Positions 9,213-20,096 of a DNA stretch of 28,667 bases are shown piece after piece. A program made the translations under genes and the position numbers. The stretch is taken from sequence record SRR20825006_498. One strand, written 5' to 3'. Below the pieces are notes generated by a model. It was not told the DNA's origin, did no database searches, and was given only the letters and a program-made list of their open reading frames with translations. Every line of letters starts with the position of its first letter. The stretch's first letter is position 1.

Positions 9213-9926
9213 ATGATCAGCTGGGAACTTCTCGCACTGTCTCCGCCCGGATGGGGCGGCGTTCTGCTCCGCGGCCTCTTGACTTCGCTTCAGGTGGCAG
9301 CCGGCGGCTATATCGTCGGCCAGATTATCGGCGTTTTCGGCGCCGCTGGAAAACTTTATGGTGGACCGGTTATCCGCGACCTGATGGAAATCTACACGAC
9401 CGTCATCCGCGCCGTTCCCGAAATGGTGCTGATCGTGCTGCTTTACTATGCGGGCACAAACGCGCTGAACAACGCTCTCGCCTCATTCGGTTACGATGCT
9501 ATGGACATTTCCGGCATGCTGGCAGGGATCATGGTGATCGGGCTGGTGCAGGGCGGCTATTCCACAGAGGTTCTACGCGGTGCCATTCAGGCAATTCCAC
9601 CCGGACAGATCGAGGCCGCGCGTGCCTATGGCATGGCACCGGGCAAGATCATGCGCCGGATCACTCTGCCTGCCATGCTGCCGCACGCCATTCCCGGCCT
9701 TGCGAACCTCTGGCTGATCACCACCAAGGATACCGCTCTTCTGGCGGTCGTCGGCTTTACAGAACTGACACTTGCCACCCGGCAGGCCGCCGGCGTGACC
9801 AAGGATTATCTGCTGTTTTTCTCCGCTGCGGGCGTTCTCTATCTGATCGTAACGCTCATCTCCAACATCGCCATCCACTTCATCGAAAAACGCGCCCGCC
9901 GCGGCATCACAAGGCCGCAGATATGA
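9213..9926 (+). CDS. ABC transporter permease (HisQ-like)
   Basis: Hydrophobic; YTTVIRAVPE; EAA loop GQIEAARAYGM. Confidence 0.92.
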   Translation: MISWELLALSPPGWGGVLLRGLLTSLQVAAGGYIVGQIIGVFGAAGKLYGGPVIRDLMEIYTTVIRAVPEMVLIVLLYYAGTNALNNALASFGYDAMDISGMLAGIMVIGLVQGGYSTEVLRGAIQAIPPGQIEAARAYGMAPGKIMRRITLPAMLPHAIPGLANLWLITTKDTALLAVVGFTELTLATRQAAGVTKDYLLFFSAAGVLYLIVTLISNIAIHFIEKRARRGITRPQI

Positions 9927-10762
9927 CCAACCAGAACGACGAACACGCTGCCGATCTGCAGGATATTGCTGCCCCACCGCCTCTGCCCGGTTTTCATGCG
10001 CTTTTGAAGCCGCACCGGCTGGTGATGATGGCGGTTGCCATCGCGCTGGTTATCTGGATGGCCATTTCGATGCGATGGGACTGGCTGCCTGACTATGCAG
10101 GCGTTCTGCTCTCCGGCCTGTGGGTCACATTCCTGCTGCTGGTTGTCACGTTCACGCTGGGCTTCCTGCTGTCTATCCCCATCGGCCTGGTTCAGGTCAC
10201 CGGGCCGCGCTTTCTGGCATGGCCCGCCAAGGTTTTCTGCACAGTCATTCGCGGCACTCCTCTGCTTTTACAACTGTGGTTGCTTTACTATGGTCTCGGC
10301 TCACTATTCCCCGGCATTCCCGATATCCGAGATTCGTTTCTCTGGCCTTATCTGCGGGTTGCCTGGCCCTATGGTGTTCTGGCGCTGACGCTTTCCTGCG
10401 CTGGCTATGAAGGTGAGGTGATGCGCGGAGCTTTCGCCGGTGTTCCCAAGGGCGAGCTTGAGGCAGCCCGGGCATACGGCATGGGCCGGTTCACCATTCT
10501 CAGGCGCATCTGGCTGCCCCGCGCCATTCACCGTGCCCTGCCGACGCTCAACGGCGAAATGGTGATGCAACTGAAATCAACACCACTGGTGGCAACCATC
10601 ACCGTGGTTGATCTGTTCGCCGCGATTTCGCGCGTCAGACAGGACACCTACCTCACCTATGAACCTCTCCTGTTTCTGGCATTCCTCTATTTGTGCCTGA
10701 CCGGTATCCTCGTCGCCCTGTTCCGTTATTTCGAACGGCGCATACCGACACGCGGTGCATGA
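9923..10762 (+). CDS. ABC transporter permease (HisM-like)
   Basis: Likely start ATG 9923 (ATGA overlap with the upstream stop); IRGTPLLLQ and GELEAARAYGM. The first 224 codons of the 503-aa track ORF overlap hisQ and are spurious. Confidence 0.92.
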   Translation: MTNQNDEHAADLQDIAAPPPLPGFHALLKPHRLVMMAVAIALVIWMAISMRWDWLPDYAGVLLSGLWVTFLLLVVTFTLGFLLSIPIGLVQVTGPRFLAWPAKVFCTVIRGTPLLLQLWLLYYGLGSLFPGIPDIRDSFLWPYLRVAWPYGVLALTLSCAGYEGEVMRGAFAGVPKGELEAARAYGMGRFTILRRIWLPRAIHRALPTLNGEMVMQLKSTPLVATITVVDLFAAISRVRQDTYLTYEPLLFLAFLYLCLTGILVALFRYFERRIPTRGA

Positions 10763-10776
10763 CCTGAAAGTAATTC

Positions 10777-11940
10777 ATGACTGAACTTAAAAACTTCGAC
10801 GAAGAGCTCGTTGCTATCCGCCACGACATGCACCGGAATCCCGAGCTTGGGCTGGATGAACTCTGGACCTCCGATTACGTCGCGAAAAAGCTGAAAGCCA
10901 TGGGCTATACCGTGCATCGCGGGCTGGCGAAAACCGGGATTGTGGCGCAGATGAAATGCGGCGCCAGCGATAAGGCCATCGGCATTCGCGCTGATTTTGA
11001 CGCTCTCCCGATACAGGAAGAAACCGGTAAACCCTATCAGAGCACCATCGATGGCAAGATGCATGCCTGCGGCCATGATGGCCACACCGCCATGCTTTTG
11101 GGCGCGGCCAAGATGTTGGCCGAGCGGAAGAATTTCGACGGCACGCTGAACCTGATTTTTCAACCAGCCGAGGAAAATTTCGGTGGCGCAAAGATCATGG
11201 TCGATGAAGGGCTGTTTGAGCGCTTCCCCTGTGACGCCGTTTTTGGCCTGCACAACGAGCCAGCCCTGCCCTTCGGCGAATTCTGGTTCCGTGACGGACC
11301 GATCATGGCAGCAGTCGACGAAGCGAAAATCATTATCACAGGCTTTGGCGGCCACGGTGCGCATCCCGAAAGCTGCTCCGATCCGATGGTGACCGCTGCC
11401 AGCATCGTCATGGCGCTGCAAACCATTGTTTCGCGAAATGTCAGCCCGCATGAAAAGGCGGTCGTGACCGTTGGTTCAATCCATGGAGGCTCGGCCAGTA
11501 ACATCATTCCGGAAACGGCGGAAATCGTTATCGGCATCCGCTCCTTCACTCCTGAAACCCGTGACCTCCTGGAACAACGTATTCGCGAGATCGCCGATTT
11601 CCAGGCGAAAAGCTTCGGTCAAACGGCAGAGGTCATTTATGAACGCAGCTATGACCCAACGATCAACGATGCCGGACAGACCGCTTTCGTGCGCGATCTG
11701 GCGAAGCGCTTTGCCGGAGAGGACAAGGTGAAAGATCTCGAAAACCCGTTTATGGGAAGCGAGGATTTCGCCTATTTCCTCAATGAACGGCCAGGTACAT
11801 ATTTCTTCCTCGGTGCACGCCAGTCTAACGACGACAAGCCGCTGCACCACCCGCAATATGATTTCAACGATGGGCTATTGCCAATCGGCGCAAGCTTCTG
11901 GACCGAACTGGCAGAAGCGTTCCTGCCTGTGAAATCCTGA
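10777..11940 (+). CDS. M20D-family amidohydrolase (aminoacylase/hippurate hydrolase-like)
   Basis: HRNPELG, IRADFDALP, MHACGHDGH, FQPAEE, GGHGAHP, SEDF, LHHP. Confidence 0.93.
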   Translation: MTELKNFDEELVAIRHDMHRNPELGLDELWTSDYVAKKLKAMGYTVHRGLAKTGIVAQMKCGASDKAIGIRADFDALPIQEETGKPYQSTIDGKMHACGHDGHTAMLLGAAKMLAERKNFDGTLNLIFQPAEENFGGAKIMVDEGLFERFPCDAVFGLHNEPALPFGEFWFRDGPIMAAVDEAKIIITGFGGHGAHPESCSDPMVTAASIVMALQTIVSRNVSPHEKAVVTVGSIHGGSASNIIPETAEIVIGIRSFTPETRDLLEQRIREIADFQAKSFGQTAEVIYERSYDPTINDAGQTAFVRDLAKRFAGEDKVKDLENPFMGSEDFAYFLNERPGTYFFLGARQSNDDKPLHHPQYDFNDGLLPIGASFWTELAEAFLPVKS

Positions 11941-11945
11941 AACAG

Positions 11946-11974
11946 AAAAGCCGCGTGGCAAACATGCCGCTTTT
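11946..11974. terminator. Bidirectional terminator-like hairpin between convergent genes
   Basis: AAAAGCCGCGTG...CATGCCGCTTTT, imperfect stem flanked by A and T runs. Confidence 0.5.
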
Positions 11975-12003
11975 AGAGCACCGTGCTTTCCGTTCGGCTT
12001 GCT

Positions 12004-12756
12004 CTAATCGTCATCGTCAATAGCCGGGCGTGTTCCCCACACACCTTCAAACCGCAGGACCAGCGCATAAAGCACCAGTGTGCCAAGTGCCATGGCAAAC
12101 CATGTAAGCGCATAGCTTAAATGCGCATTGCGGAATTTCACGATCGTCAGTCCGCCGATGGGATAGCCACCGGCATTGGCCTTGCTGTCAGCGTCAATAA
12201 AATAAGGCGCGTAGGGTGCAAGGCCTTTTGTGGACATGATGGATGCCACATCGCGGCGATACCATTTCCCCTCTTCCGGCTCGTTCTTGCGTGAGAACAG
12301 CCAGCCCTTGTCTTCCGACATTCTAAGCAGGCCGGTCACGGTAACCTCGCCTTCGGGTGCGTCCCGTGTTGAAGGTTCGCGCTTTTCTTCCGGCACAAAG
12401 CCACGATTGACAAGCACATAAGTACCATCCGGTCGCAAAAGCGGCGTCAGCACGAAATAACCAGGCCCAAGCTCGGTCGGATAATAAATCTGAACTTCCT
12501 CACTGTTGAGAAATTTCCCCGTCACCTCGACATGGCGATAGGCATCGTTTTCCCGCGTGATTTTATCCCACATATCCGGTCCGGGTGCCGGAACCGCGGG
12601 GGCTTCGACACGTGTATTCACAGCCTCGATCAGGTCCAGCTTCCACTGAAGACGGTAAAGTTGCCATGTACCAAGAGCCACGAAACCGGCAAACAGTACT
12701 GCGGCAATGCCGGTGATAATCGAAATGCGGAACCAGTTTCGCGAGGCAGCGGTCAT
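12004..12756 (-). CDS. SURF1/Shy1-family oxidase assembly protein
   Basis: LGTWQLYRLQWK, VLVNRGFVP, NAHLSYALTWF; downstream of cyoD. Confidence 0.93.
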   Translation of the reverse strand: MTAASRNWFRISIITGIAAVLFAGFVALGTWQLYRLQWKLDLIEAVNTRVEAPAVPAPGPDMWDKITRENDAYRHVEVTGKFLNSEEVQIYYPTELGPGYFVLTPLLRPDGTYVLVNRGFVPEEKREPSTRDAPEGEVTVTGLLRMSEDKGWLFSRKNEPEEGKWYRRDVASIMSTKGLAPYAPYFIDADSKANAGGYPIGGLTIVKFRNAHLSYALTWFAMALGTLVLYALVLRFEGVWGTRPAIDDDD

Positions 12757-12854
12757 TTACAAAACCTTCAATGGGAGCCAGATCGCACCAGAAAATGGGC
12801 TGAACCCGTAATTACAGGTTCTCGCGGATAAAAACACCGCGACACACTGGCGCA

Positions 12855-12899
12855 AAACAAATGCGCCTCCCTCCGGCAACAACCAAAGAGAGGCGCATT
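12855..12899 (-). terminator. Hairpin/terminator between cyoD and surf1
   Basis: Minus strand AATGCGCCTCTC...GGGAGGCGCATT followed by TGTTTT. Confidence 0.6.
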
Positions 12900-12917
12900 A
12901 CATCTTCACATCGGTCC

Positions 12918-13367
12918 TTACTGATTCTGGATCACGATATTGCCCGTCACCCCGGCATTACGAAGCTGCTCGGCGATTTCCGGTGTGGCACAGACAATCG
13001 TACCGTCATCAAGGATCGTGTAACCACTTTCCGGCAATGGCATCATATACTTGTTCATGTTGTGCATGACCCAGAGCGAACCGGCCAGGACAATCAGAAG
13101 AAGGATCAGCGCCAGAAGCGCAGAGGCCATGGTAAAGCCGTGCTCCTGCTCCGACGTCAACAGCAGGAAGTAACGCAGATGTACAAGGATCTGTGCAACC
13201 GCGCAGATCATGATGATCGAGATCAGAAGCGTCTTGCTGGTAATCACGTCGGCCATCACCAACCCGAACGGGATGATGGTGAGAATGGCCGCCAGCACGA
13301 AACCGGTCATCAGGGTCTTTACGGTACCATGACCCTCATGGCTTGCATGTTCGTTGGCTGAACTCAT
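12918..13367 (-). CDS. cyoD: Cytochrome bo3 ubiquinol oxidase subunit IV
   Basis: GFVLAAILTIIPF, QILVHLRYFL, GSLWVMHNMN; operon position. Confidence 0.93.
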   Translation of the reverse strand: MSSANEHASHEGHGTVKTLMTGFVLAAILTIIPFGLVMADVITSKTLLISIIMICAVAQILVHLRYFLLLTSEQEHGFTMASALLALILLLIVLAGSLWVMHNMNKYMMPLPESGYTILDDGTIVCATPEIAEQLRNAGVTGNIVIQNQ

Positions 13368-13975
13368 AGGACGACTCCCGTAAGATAAACGAGTGAGAAG
13401 ACGCCGATCCAGATCAGATCGAGGAAGTGCCAGAACATCGAAAGCGTCGAAACGCGACGACGCATCGCAGTGTCCATGTCACGACGGGAAACCTGGACCA
13501 TCAGCACGATCAGCCAGATACAGCCAAAGGTGACATGCAGACCGTGCGTGCCGACAAGTGTGAAGTAGGCCGACAGGAAGGCCGAACGGTCCGGACTGGC
13601 ACCGATTTCCAGAAAGTGATGGAATTCATAGATTTCCATCACCAGAAAGCCGATGGCAAACAAACCGGCAACGGCCAGCCAGCGCAAAAGACCGGCCTTG
13701 TCGCCTTTTTCCATACGCAGCATTCCGAAGCCGAATGTGACTGAAGAAAACAACAGAAGTGCCGTTTCGATCAGCGCGAAATCCAGCTCGAACAGATCCT
13801 GCGGTGACGGCCCGCCCGCATAGGCACGGCCAAGCACGGCATAGGTTGCAAACAGCGTGCCAAAGATCAGGCAGTCGCTCATCAGATAGATCCAGAACCC
13901 CAGCTGGGTCGGGCTATCGTGATGCTCTTCATGATCCGCGTGATGCGTCTCGTTAGTCGTTTCAGCGACCGTCAT
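13364..13975 (-). CDS. cyoC: Cytochrome bo3 ubiquinol oxidase subunit III
   Basis: [28 protein letters not shown]. Confidence 0.96.
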   Translation of the reverse strand: MTVAETTNETHHADHEEHHDSPTQLGFWIYLMSDCLIFGTLFATYAVLGRAYAGGPSPQDLFELDFALIETALLLFSSVTFGFGMLRMEKGDKAGLLRWLAVAGLFAIGFLVMEIYEFHHFLEIGASPDRSAFLSAYFTLVGTHGLHVTFGCIWLIVLMVQVSRRDMDTAMRRRVSTLSMFWHFLDLIWIGVFSLVYLTGVVL

Positions 13976-15957
13976 GCATAGGTCTCCTTGGCCTTTTCCA
14001 TGTCGCTTTTCACCTGTTCGGCAGGGACATAGTAATCACGATCGAAGTCGAAGGTATGGAAGATGATGGAGCCGACAGCGGCAACGAAGCTGACCACAAC
14101 AAGCCACCAGATATGCCAGACCAGAGCGAAGCCGAGAATCAGGCAGATGCCCGCTGGAACGATACCGGCCCATGTGTATTTCGGCATATGGATCGGCTTG
14201 TAATCCGTCGACCACTTGAAGCCTTCCTTCTTCATCTGCCACCAGGCATCGCGCCCGTGAACAACGATATCCTGCGGGAAGTTGTAGGGAAGAACCGGAG
14301 ACGTCGTTGCCCATTCCAAAGTACGGCCGTTCCAGGGATCGGGTCCGCATTTGAGTTTGTCACGGTTCCTGATCGTAACAACAAGCTGGATAACCGTGCT
14401 GGCGATACCGGCGCCGATGACCAGCATACCAATGCAGGCAACGACGAAGTAGATCTGCCAACCGACATCCGAATAGCTCTGCAGACGGCGCGTCACACCC
14501 ATCAGACCGAGAATATAAAGCGGCATGAAAGCAAGGTAGAAGCCGATAAACCAGCACCAGAATGAACGGCGGCCCCACTTGTCATCAAGTTTGAAACCAA
14601 ACACTTTCGGCCACCAGTAGGTGTAGCCGGCCATCAAGCCAAAGACCACGCCGCCGATAATCACGTTATGGAAGTGCGCAATCAGGAACAGCGAGTTGTG
14701 CAGCTGGAAATCAGCCGGCGGCACAGCCAGCATAACACCCGTCATGCCACCGATCGTGAAGGTAACCAGAAAGCCGACCGTCCAGTACATCGGCGTTTCG
14801 AAACGGATCTTGCCGCGATACATCGTGAACAGCCAGTTGAAAATCTTGGCACCGGTTGGCACCGCAATAATCATCGTCGTGATCCCGAAGAAGGTATTCA
14901 CACTTGCGCCGGAGCCCATCGTGAAGAAGTGGTGCAGCCACACGACAAACGACAGGACCATGATACATGCTGTCGCATAAACCATGGAACGGTAACCGAA
15001 GAGCGGTTTGCCGGAGAAGGTGGACACCACTTCGGAAAAGATGCCGAAACAGGGCAGGATGAGGATGTAGACTTCCGGGTGACCCCAGATCCAGATGAGG
15101 TTCACATACATCATCGGATTGCCGCCCATGTCATTCGTGAAGAAATGCATGCCGAAGTAACGGTCAAGGGCGAGCATGGCCAGCGTGGCAGTCAGCACCG
15201 GAAAGGCGGCGACGATCAGAACGTTGGCGCAAAGTGTGGTCCAGGTGAAAACCGGCATCCGCATCAGCGTCATGCCTGGCGCACGCATCTTCAAGATGGT
15301 GGCAACCATGTTCACGCCGGAAAGCGTGGTGCCTATCCCCGCGATCTGTAGCGACCATATGTAATAGTCGACCCCCACATCGGGCGAGTATGCAATTCCC
15401 GAAAGTGGCGGCATGGCAAGCCAGCCTGTGCGACCCAGAAGGCCGATGAACAGCGATACGTTCAGCAGGATTGCGCCGGAAACCGTCATCCAGAACGAGA
15501 AGTTGTTCAACCACGGGAAAGCCACATCGCGCGCGCCGATCTGAAGCGGCATGGCAATGTTCATCACGCCGACCAGAAAGGCCATCGCGAAGAAGAAGAT
15601 CATGACCGTGCCGTGCGCGGTAAAGATCTGGTCGAAGTGGTGCGGCGGCAGATACCCCTGCGCCCCGCCTGCGGCAAGCGCCTGCTGGGTGCGCATCATG
15701 AAAGCATCGGTGAAACCACGGAACAGCATCACCAGCGCCAGCACAATATACATTATGCCGATCTTCTTGTGGTCGACCGAGGTAAACCACTCATTCCAGA
15801 GATAGGCCCATTTGCGATGATATGTGATCAGACCGAAGATGGTCAGACCGGCGATCGCCACCGCGGCGAAGGTGACGTCGAGGATCAGGACGTCATAGGG
15901 GATATCATCCCAGCCCAGCTTTCCGAACAGGAAGCTCGTAGTGCTATCAGCTGCCAT
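13972..15957 (-). CDS. cyoB: Cytochrome bo3 ubiquinol oxidase subunit I
   Basis: [18 protein letters not shown] quinol-site residues, WGHPEVY, WLHHF, AHFH. Confidence 0.97.
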   Translation of the reverse strand: MAADSTTSFLFGKLGWDDIPYDVLILDVTFAAVAIAGLTIFGLITYHRKWAYLWNEWFTSVDHKKIGIMYIVLALVMLFRGFTDAFMMRTQQALAAGGAQGYLPPHHFDQIFTAHGTVMIFFFAMAFLVGVMNIAMPLQIGARDVAFPWLNNFSFWMTVSGAILLNVSLFIGLLGRTGWLAMPPLSGIAYSPDVGVDYYIWSLQIAGIGTTLSGVNMVATILKMRAPGMTLMRMPVFTWTTLCANVLIVAAFPVLTATLAMLALDRYFGMHFFTNDMGGNPMMYVNLIWIWGHPEVYILILPCFGIFSEVVSTFSGKPLFGYRSMVYATACIMVLSFVVWLHHFFTMGSGASVNTFFGITTMIIAVPTGAKIFNWLFTMYRGKIRFETPMYWTVGFLVTFTIGGMTGVMLAVPPADFQLHNSLFLIAHFHNVIIGGVVFGLMAGYTYWWPKVFGFKLDDKWGRRSFWCWFIGFYLAFMPLYILGLMGVTRRLQSYSDVGWQIYFVVACIGMLVIGAGIASTVIQLVVTIRNRDKLKCGPDPWNGRTLEWATTSPVLPYNFPQDIVVHGRDAWWQMKKEGFKWSTDYKPIHMPKYTWAGIVPAGICLILGFALVWHIWWLVVVSFVAAVGSIIFHTFDFDRDYYVPAEQVKSDMEKAKETYA

Positions 15958-17075
15958 TATTGCCTCACAGTATCAGATGCGTCCGACTCAGTGTCGTCGC
16001 CGTTCAGGTTCACGACCTTCTGATCAGGGTTCTTGACGTTGACCGGTCCTTTTTTCGGCTCGTCTTCATTGCCATGAAGAACGCCGTCGAATTCATGCTG
16101 GTCGAACCCCTCGCCCGGCGGAAATTCGTCATAAAGATACTGATCTTTCGTTTCGATGCCCTTGAGGCCACCGCCACCCATCATATCCTGCATCATCATG
16201 TCACCGATGCAGACCTTGCCGGGTTCGACGCAAAGGCCAACGGCCCTGTCAAACAGGCCTTCGGAAACGCCATTATAATAAGTAACATTATCGGCGACAG
16301 TCGGCTTGCTGAGATCAAGATACACCTGATCTGTCAGCTTGGAGCCTTCGGCGCGGACCTTGTTAACCCAGTTTTCGTATTCCTGATCGGCAACAGCGAA
16401 GGTCTCGAAATCCATGTGCGCATAGCCGGGACCGGAATAATTTGCCGAACGGCCATAATACTTGCCTGCATCATCAGCAACCAGATGCAGCTTCGTTTCC
16501 ATGCCGGCCATGGTGTAAATCATGCCGGAAAGCGCGGGCACAAAGAAAGTATTCATCACAGATGTGGATGTCAGACGCAGATTAACCGGCCGGCCTGTAG
16601 GCACGACCAGTTCATTCACAACCGCGATATTTTCTTCCGGATAGATGAACAGCCATTTCCAGTCCATCGACACGACGTCGATCTCAAGCGGCTCACCGGC
16701 AATGTGATCGAGCGGCTTATAGGGATCGAGACGATGGGTATAGATCCATGTCAACGCACCAAGTGCGATGATGATCATCACCGGCACGCCCCAGATAAAA
16801 GCCTCGAACAAGGAAGAATGCTCGAATTCAGGATCGTAGTCATCAGTCTTGTCGCGCGAGGCGCGATACCGCCACGGCATGTAGACTGACATGATCAACA
16901 CCGGAACGATGATGAGCAGCATCAAAATGGTTGAAACGACCAACAGATCGCGTTCCTGCTCTGCAACCCAGCCAGCCGGGTCCAGAAGAACGAGCTGACA
17001 GCCCGACAAAAAAAGCGCCAATGGAAAAAGCAGCGCAAGTTTCCATAACTTGAGAAGGTTCACAATCGTCTTCAT
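15957..17075 (-). CDS. cyoA: Cytochrome bo3 ubiquinol oxidase subunit II (lipoprotein)
   Basis: Lipobox [22 protein letters not shown]; no CuA ligands; TAATG overlap with cyoB. Confidence 0.96.
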   Translation of the reverse strand: MKTIVNLLKLWKLALLFPLALFLSGCQLVLLDPAGWVAEQERDLLVVSTILMLLIIVPVLIMSVYMPWRYRASRDKTDDYDPEFEHSSLFEAFIWGVPVMIIIALGALTWIYTHRLDPYKPLDHIAGEPLEIDVVSMDWKWLFIYPEENIAVVNELVVPTGRPVNLRLTSTSVMNTFFVPALSGMIYTMAGMETKLHLVADDAGKYYGRSANYSGPGYAHMDFETFAVADQEYENWVNKVRAEGSKLTDQVYLDLSKPTVADNVTYYNGVSEGLFDRAVGLCVEPGKVCIGDMMMQDMMGGGGLKGIETKDQYLYDEFPPGEGFDQHEFDGVLHGNEDEPKKGPVNVKNPDQKVVNLNGDDTESDASDTVRQ

Positions 17076-17276
17076 TCTCTAGTCTCTCGTCCGAATTGCG
17101 CGGATCTCACGGACTGGGTTGTCATTGATATGTCCGAAGGTCACCGGCCCCAAAGTCCCGCGACGACCGTTCCCTTGCCCAGACATTCTCGTATGAACAT
17201 GTTGGACTCTGCCACGCAGTCGCCCAAATCATCAGTTGCATTACCGCATTTTGGACACAGATTTTAGTCCCCGCCC

Positions 17277-17293
17277 TGTGGCATTTTGGCACA
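17277..17293. promoter_or_regulatory. RegR/ActR/PrrA-like binding site upstream of cyoA
   Basis: TGTGGCATTTTGGCACA loosely resembles the GNGRC-N5-GNCRC imperfect palindrome of this regulator family. Confidence 0.5.
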
Positions 17294-17605
17294 AGGGCAG
17301 CGGCCCGTCACCTTGGCAGGCGATTTTTTACACCAAATAAGTGAAATTTTGTGCAGACCTGGCAATCATCAACCTCCCCCACAGCCGAAAACCATTACTC
17401 AAAGCATATCGCATTGACTTCGCTCAAATGTGGCGATTTCAAAAAAACAGGCGATCTTTCCTGCGCCGCCAGAAAAACGGGCCATTTCAAAGCGAACCAT
17501 TCTGACAGCTCAAGCGTATTGTTTTTCAGGAATATATGATGGCCGTCTCCTGCCGATACGAAATGGTTGCGATGCAACGACTGGTTAGACAGTTCGATTT
17601 TTTTA

Positions 17606-17638
17606 TGCGACAATCCGCCACATGCGACAAAATGCGCA
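17606..17638. promoter_or_regulatory. Tandem RegR/ActR/PrrA-like boxes
   Basis: TGCGACAATCCGCCACA (17606-17622) immediately followed by TGCGACAAAATGCGCA (17623-17638). Confidence 0.5.
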
Positions 17639-17663
17639 TGTGTCGTTTTGAGGAGGAAACGAA

Positions 17664-18071
17664 ATGACAGGCCTGTTTTTCTTTCCCTATGTAACAAGCG
17701 CCATTGGCGTTTTGTTGGGGGTATATCTGACCAATTCAAACCGAACCTATGACCGTCGGGACTATTTCCTGCGCGCCTGCTTCATCTTTCTGATCAATCT
17801 TGTGATCTCCTATCTTCTGGAGTTTGCATTTCCTCTGGAAGCCGGCACCAATACCGATATTGCGCTGTCAACGGCATATTACATGGGTCTTGCAACCTAT
17901 GCTGTTGTTCCGGGTCTGGCCTTTGGCCGCTTCACAGCCTTTCGCGCCCGCGACATGGGCCACGACAAATCGGTCGCCTACTGGAGCGCAATCCCGTTTG
18001 TCTTCATTTATTTCATGGTCGTTCCCAGCAAGCGCGGTGACCACCACCCCTCCGCCCATCCTGCGGCCTGA
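17664..18071 (+). CDS. Small membrane protein, DUF805 (YhaH)-like
   Basis: Strong RBS GAGGAGG; several TM segments; RRDYF and RARDMG...IPFV...PS resemble the DUF805 pattern. Confidence 0.7.
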   Translation: MTGLFFFPYVTSAIGVLLGVYLTNSNRTYDRRDYFLRACFIFLINLVISYLLEFAFPLEAGTNTDIALSTAYYMGLATYAVVPGLAFGRFTAFRARDMGHDKSVAYWSAIPFVFIYFMVVPSKRGDHHPSAHPAA

Positions 18072-18108
18072 AACGATCAACATCAACCTATGAATGAGTC
18101 GCGAACAC

Positions 18109-18134
18109 GCCGGTAAAGCCCTTGCTTTACCGGC
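18109..18134. terminator. Perfect 11-bp hairpin, probable terminator
   Basis: GCCGGTAAAGC-CCTT-GCTTTACCGGC followed by ATTCTT. Confidence 0.65.
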
Positions 18135-18448
18135 ATTCTTCTGCCTGCAACCGCGCCAGGGCGGTGCCTCACCGCCGCGTTTAACCTCAGTCAGTCAGAG
18201 CGGTTGCTTTTTCTGCCGACCGGCCTTTCAATGGCATCGATGAATGCGATATCCGAGCATCGTCTGGCAAAAAACCATTTAATCGTTTTAAAAAGGGATT
18301 ATAGTTGCGCCGATGGAAAGCCGCTGCTTTTCCGTTTTAATCGGTTCACGAAACTGCTCTATCGTTTCGCCATTTCGCCAAAGGACGGCGGGCAAGGCAT
18401 CCGCCTTTCGCCGGAAAGACGCTTCAAGATTTACAGGGAGCCACAGAT

Positions 18449-20074
18449 ATGAATGCCACCCTTCAGGACATCCGGGCCGCAGCTGACAGAACCAGCGCGA
18501 CCGACCTTCGCGCCGCTTTCGACGCCGATCCCGATCGTTTTTCTCACTTCAGCCTGCGCTTCGAAGACCTGCTGATGGATTTTTCAAAGACGGCGATCAA
18601 CAGCGAGGTTCTGGCGCTTCTGATGAAGCTTGCCAGGGAAACCGGCGTTGAAGAGAAACGTGAAGCCATGTTCTCCGGCGAGAAAATCAACATCACCGAA
18701 GATCGCGCGGTATTGCATACCGCGCTGCGCAACCGGGCCAATACGCCAGTTATGGTGGACGGCAAGGACGTCATGCCCGACGTCAATGCCGTGCTGGAAG
18801 CGATGGGCGCATTTGCAGAAGGCATCCGCTCCGGGACAACCAAAGGCGCGACCGGCAAGGCGTTTACCGATGTCGTCAATATCGGTATCGGCGGCTCGGA
18901 TCTCGGCCCGGCAATGACGACGCTGGCACTGGCGCCCTTCCATGACGGCCCGAAGCTGCATTATGTCTCCAATATCGACGGCGCCCATATCGCCGATACG
19001 ATCAAGGATCTCGATCCGGCAAAGACGCTGTTTATCGTCGCGTCGAAAACCTTCACCACCATTGAAACCATGACCAACGCCCGGACCGCACGCAAATTCA
19101 TTGCCGATGCGCTTGGCGAGGATGCGGTTGGCCACCACTTCTGTGCAGTGTCGACAGCACTCGACAAGGTTGCCGATTTCGGCATCGACAGCACCCGTGT
19201 TTTCGGGTTCTGGGATTGGGTCGGCGGTCGTTACTCCATCTGGTCGGCGATCGGCCTTCCGCTGATGATTGCCGTCGGTGCGGATAATTTCGGCAAGTTC
19301 CTTGATGGCGCTCATGCCATCGACAAGCACTTTCAGGAAGCACCGATCACCGAAAACCTGCCCTTCATGCTCGGCCTGATCGGATATTATCAGCGCGTTG
19401 TGCTGGATTATCCCTCGCGCGCGGTCATTCCCTATGACCAGCGCATGGCACGTTTTGCCGCCTATCTGCAGCAGCTCGACATGGAGAGCAACGGCAAGTC
19501 GGTCACGATCGGCTCCGAAGACGTGACCACGCCGACCGGGCCGATTGTCTGGGGTGAACCGGGCACCAATGGTCAGCACGCTTTCTTCCAACTTCTCCAT
19601 CAGGGCACCAATGTCATCCCGATCGAATTCATGATTGCCGCCAATGGCCACGAGGCAGACCTGCGTCACCAGCATCAGCTTTTGATGGCCAATTGCCTGG
19701 CCCAGTCCGAAGCGCTGATGAAAGGTCGCACACTGGAAGAGGCCAGGGCACAGCTTCTGGCCAAGGGCGCTGATGAGGCAGAAGCAGACAAGATCGGGCC
19801 GCACCGCGTCTTCACCGGCAACCGCCCGTCGATCACATTTGTCTATGACAGCCTGACGCCCTACGCGCTTGGCCGGATGATCGCGCTTTATGAGCACCGC
19901 GTGTTCGTCGAAGGCGCTCTGTTCGGCATTAATTCGTTTGACCAGTGGGGCGTGGAGCTTGGCAAGGAACTGGCGACAGGTCTGCTGCCGGTTGTCTCCG
20001 GCCAGGAAAGCGCTGATGGCCACGATTCCTCGACTGCTGGCCTTGTTTCGACCCTGCTTGGCATGGCGACGTAA
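18449..20074 (+). CDS. pgi: Glucose-6-phosphate isomerase
   Basis: [46 protein letters not shown]. Confidence 0.98.
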   Translation: MNATLQDIRAAADRTSATDLRAAFDADPDRFSHFSLRFEDLLMDFSKTAINSEVLALLMKLARETGVEEKREAMFSGEKINITEDRAVLHTALRNRANTPVMVDGKDVMPDVNAVLEAMGAFAEGIRSGTTKGATGKAFTDVVNIGIGGSDLGPAMTTLALAPFHDGPKLHYVSNIDGAHIADTIKDLDPAKTLFIVASKTFTTIETMTNARTARKFIADALGEDAVGHHFCAVSTALDKVADFGIDSTRVFGFWDWVGGRYSIWSAIGLPLMIAVGADNFGKFLDGAHAIDKHFQEAPITENLPFMLGLIGYYQRVVLDYPSRAVIPYDQRMARFAAYLQQLDMESNGKSVTIGSEDVTTPTGPIVWGEPGTNGQHAFFQLLHQGTNVIPIEFMIAANGHEADLRHQHQLLMANCLAQSEALMKGRTLEEARAQLLAKGADEAEADKIGPHRVFTGNRPSITFVYDSLTPYALGRMIALYEHRVFVEGALFGINSFDQWGVELGKELATGLLPVVSGQESADGHDSSTAGLVSTLLGMAT

Positions 20075-20096
20075 AGTCTGCTCGTCAGGACAGATC

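Noticed and set aside
9251-9922. Apparent 224-aa N-terminal extension of the second permease
   Set aside because: Arg-rich out-of-frame overlap with hisQ; ATG 9923 gives a normal HisM-like protein with ATGA coupling.
15960-16240. CVEPGKVC and Met-rich tail of CyoA as a novel metal site
   Set aside because: I recall a similar Cys-X6-Cys/Met segment being widespread in alphaproteobacterial CyoA, so it is not distinctive here.
12004-17075. Absence of cyoE from the cyo operon
   Set aside because: cyoABCD-surf1 without the heme O synthase gene is usual in alphaproteobacteria.
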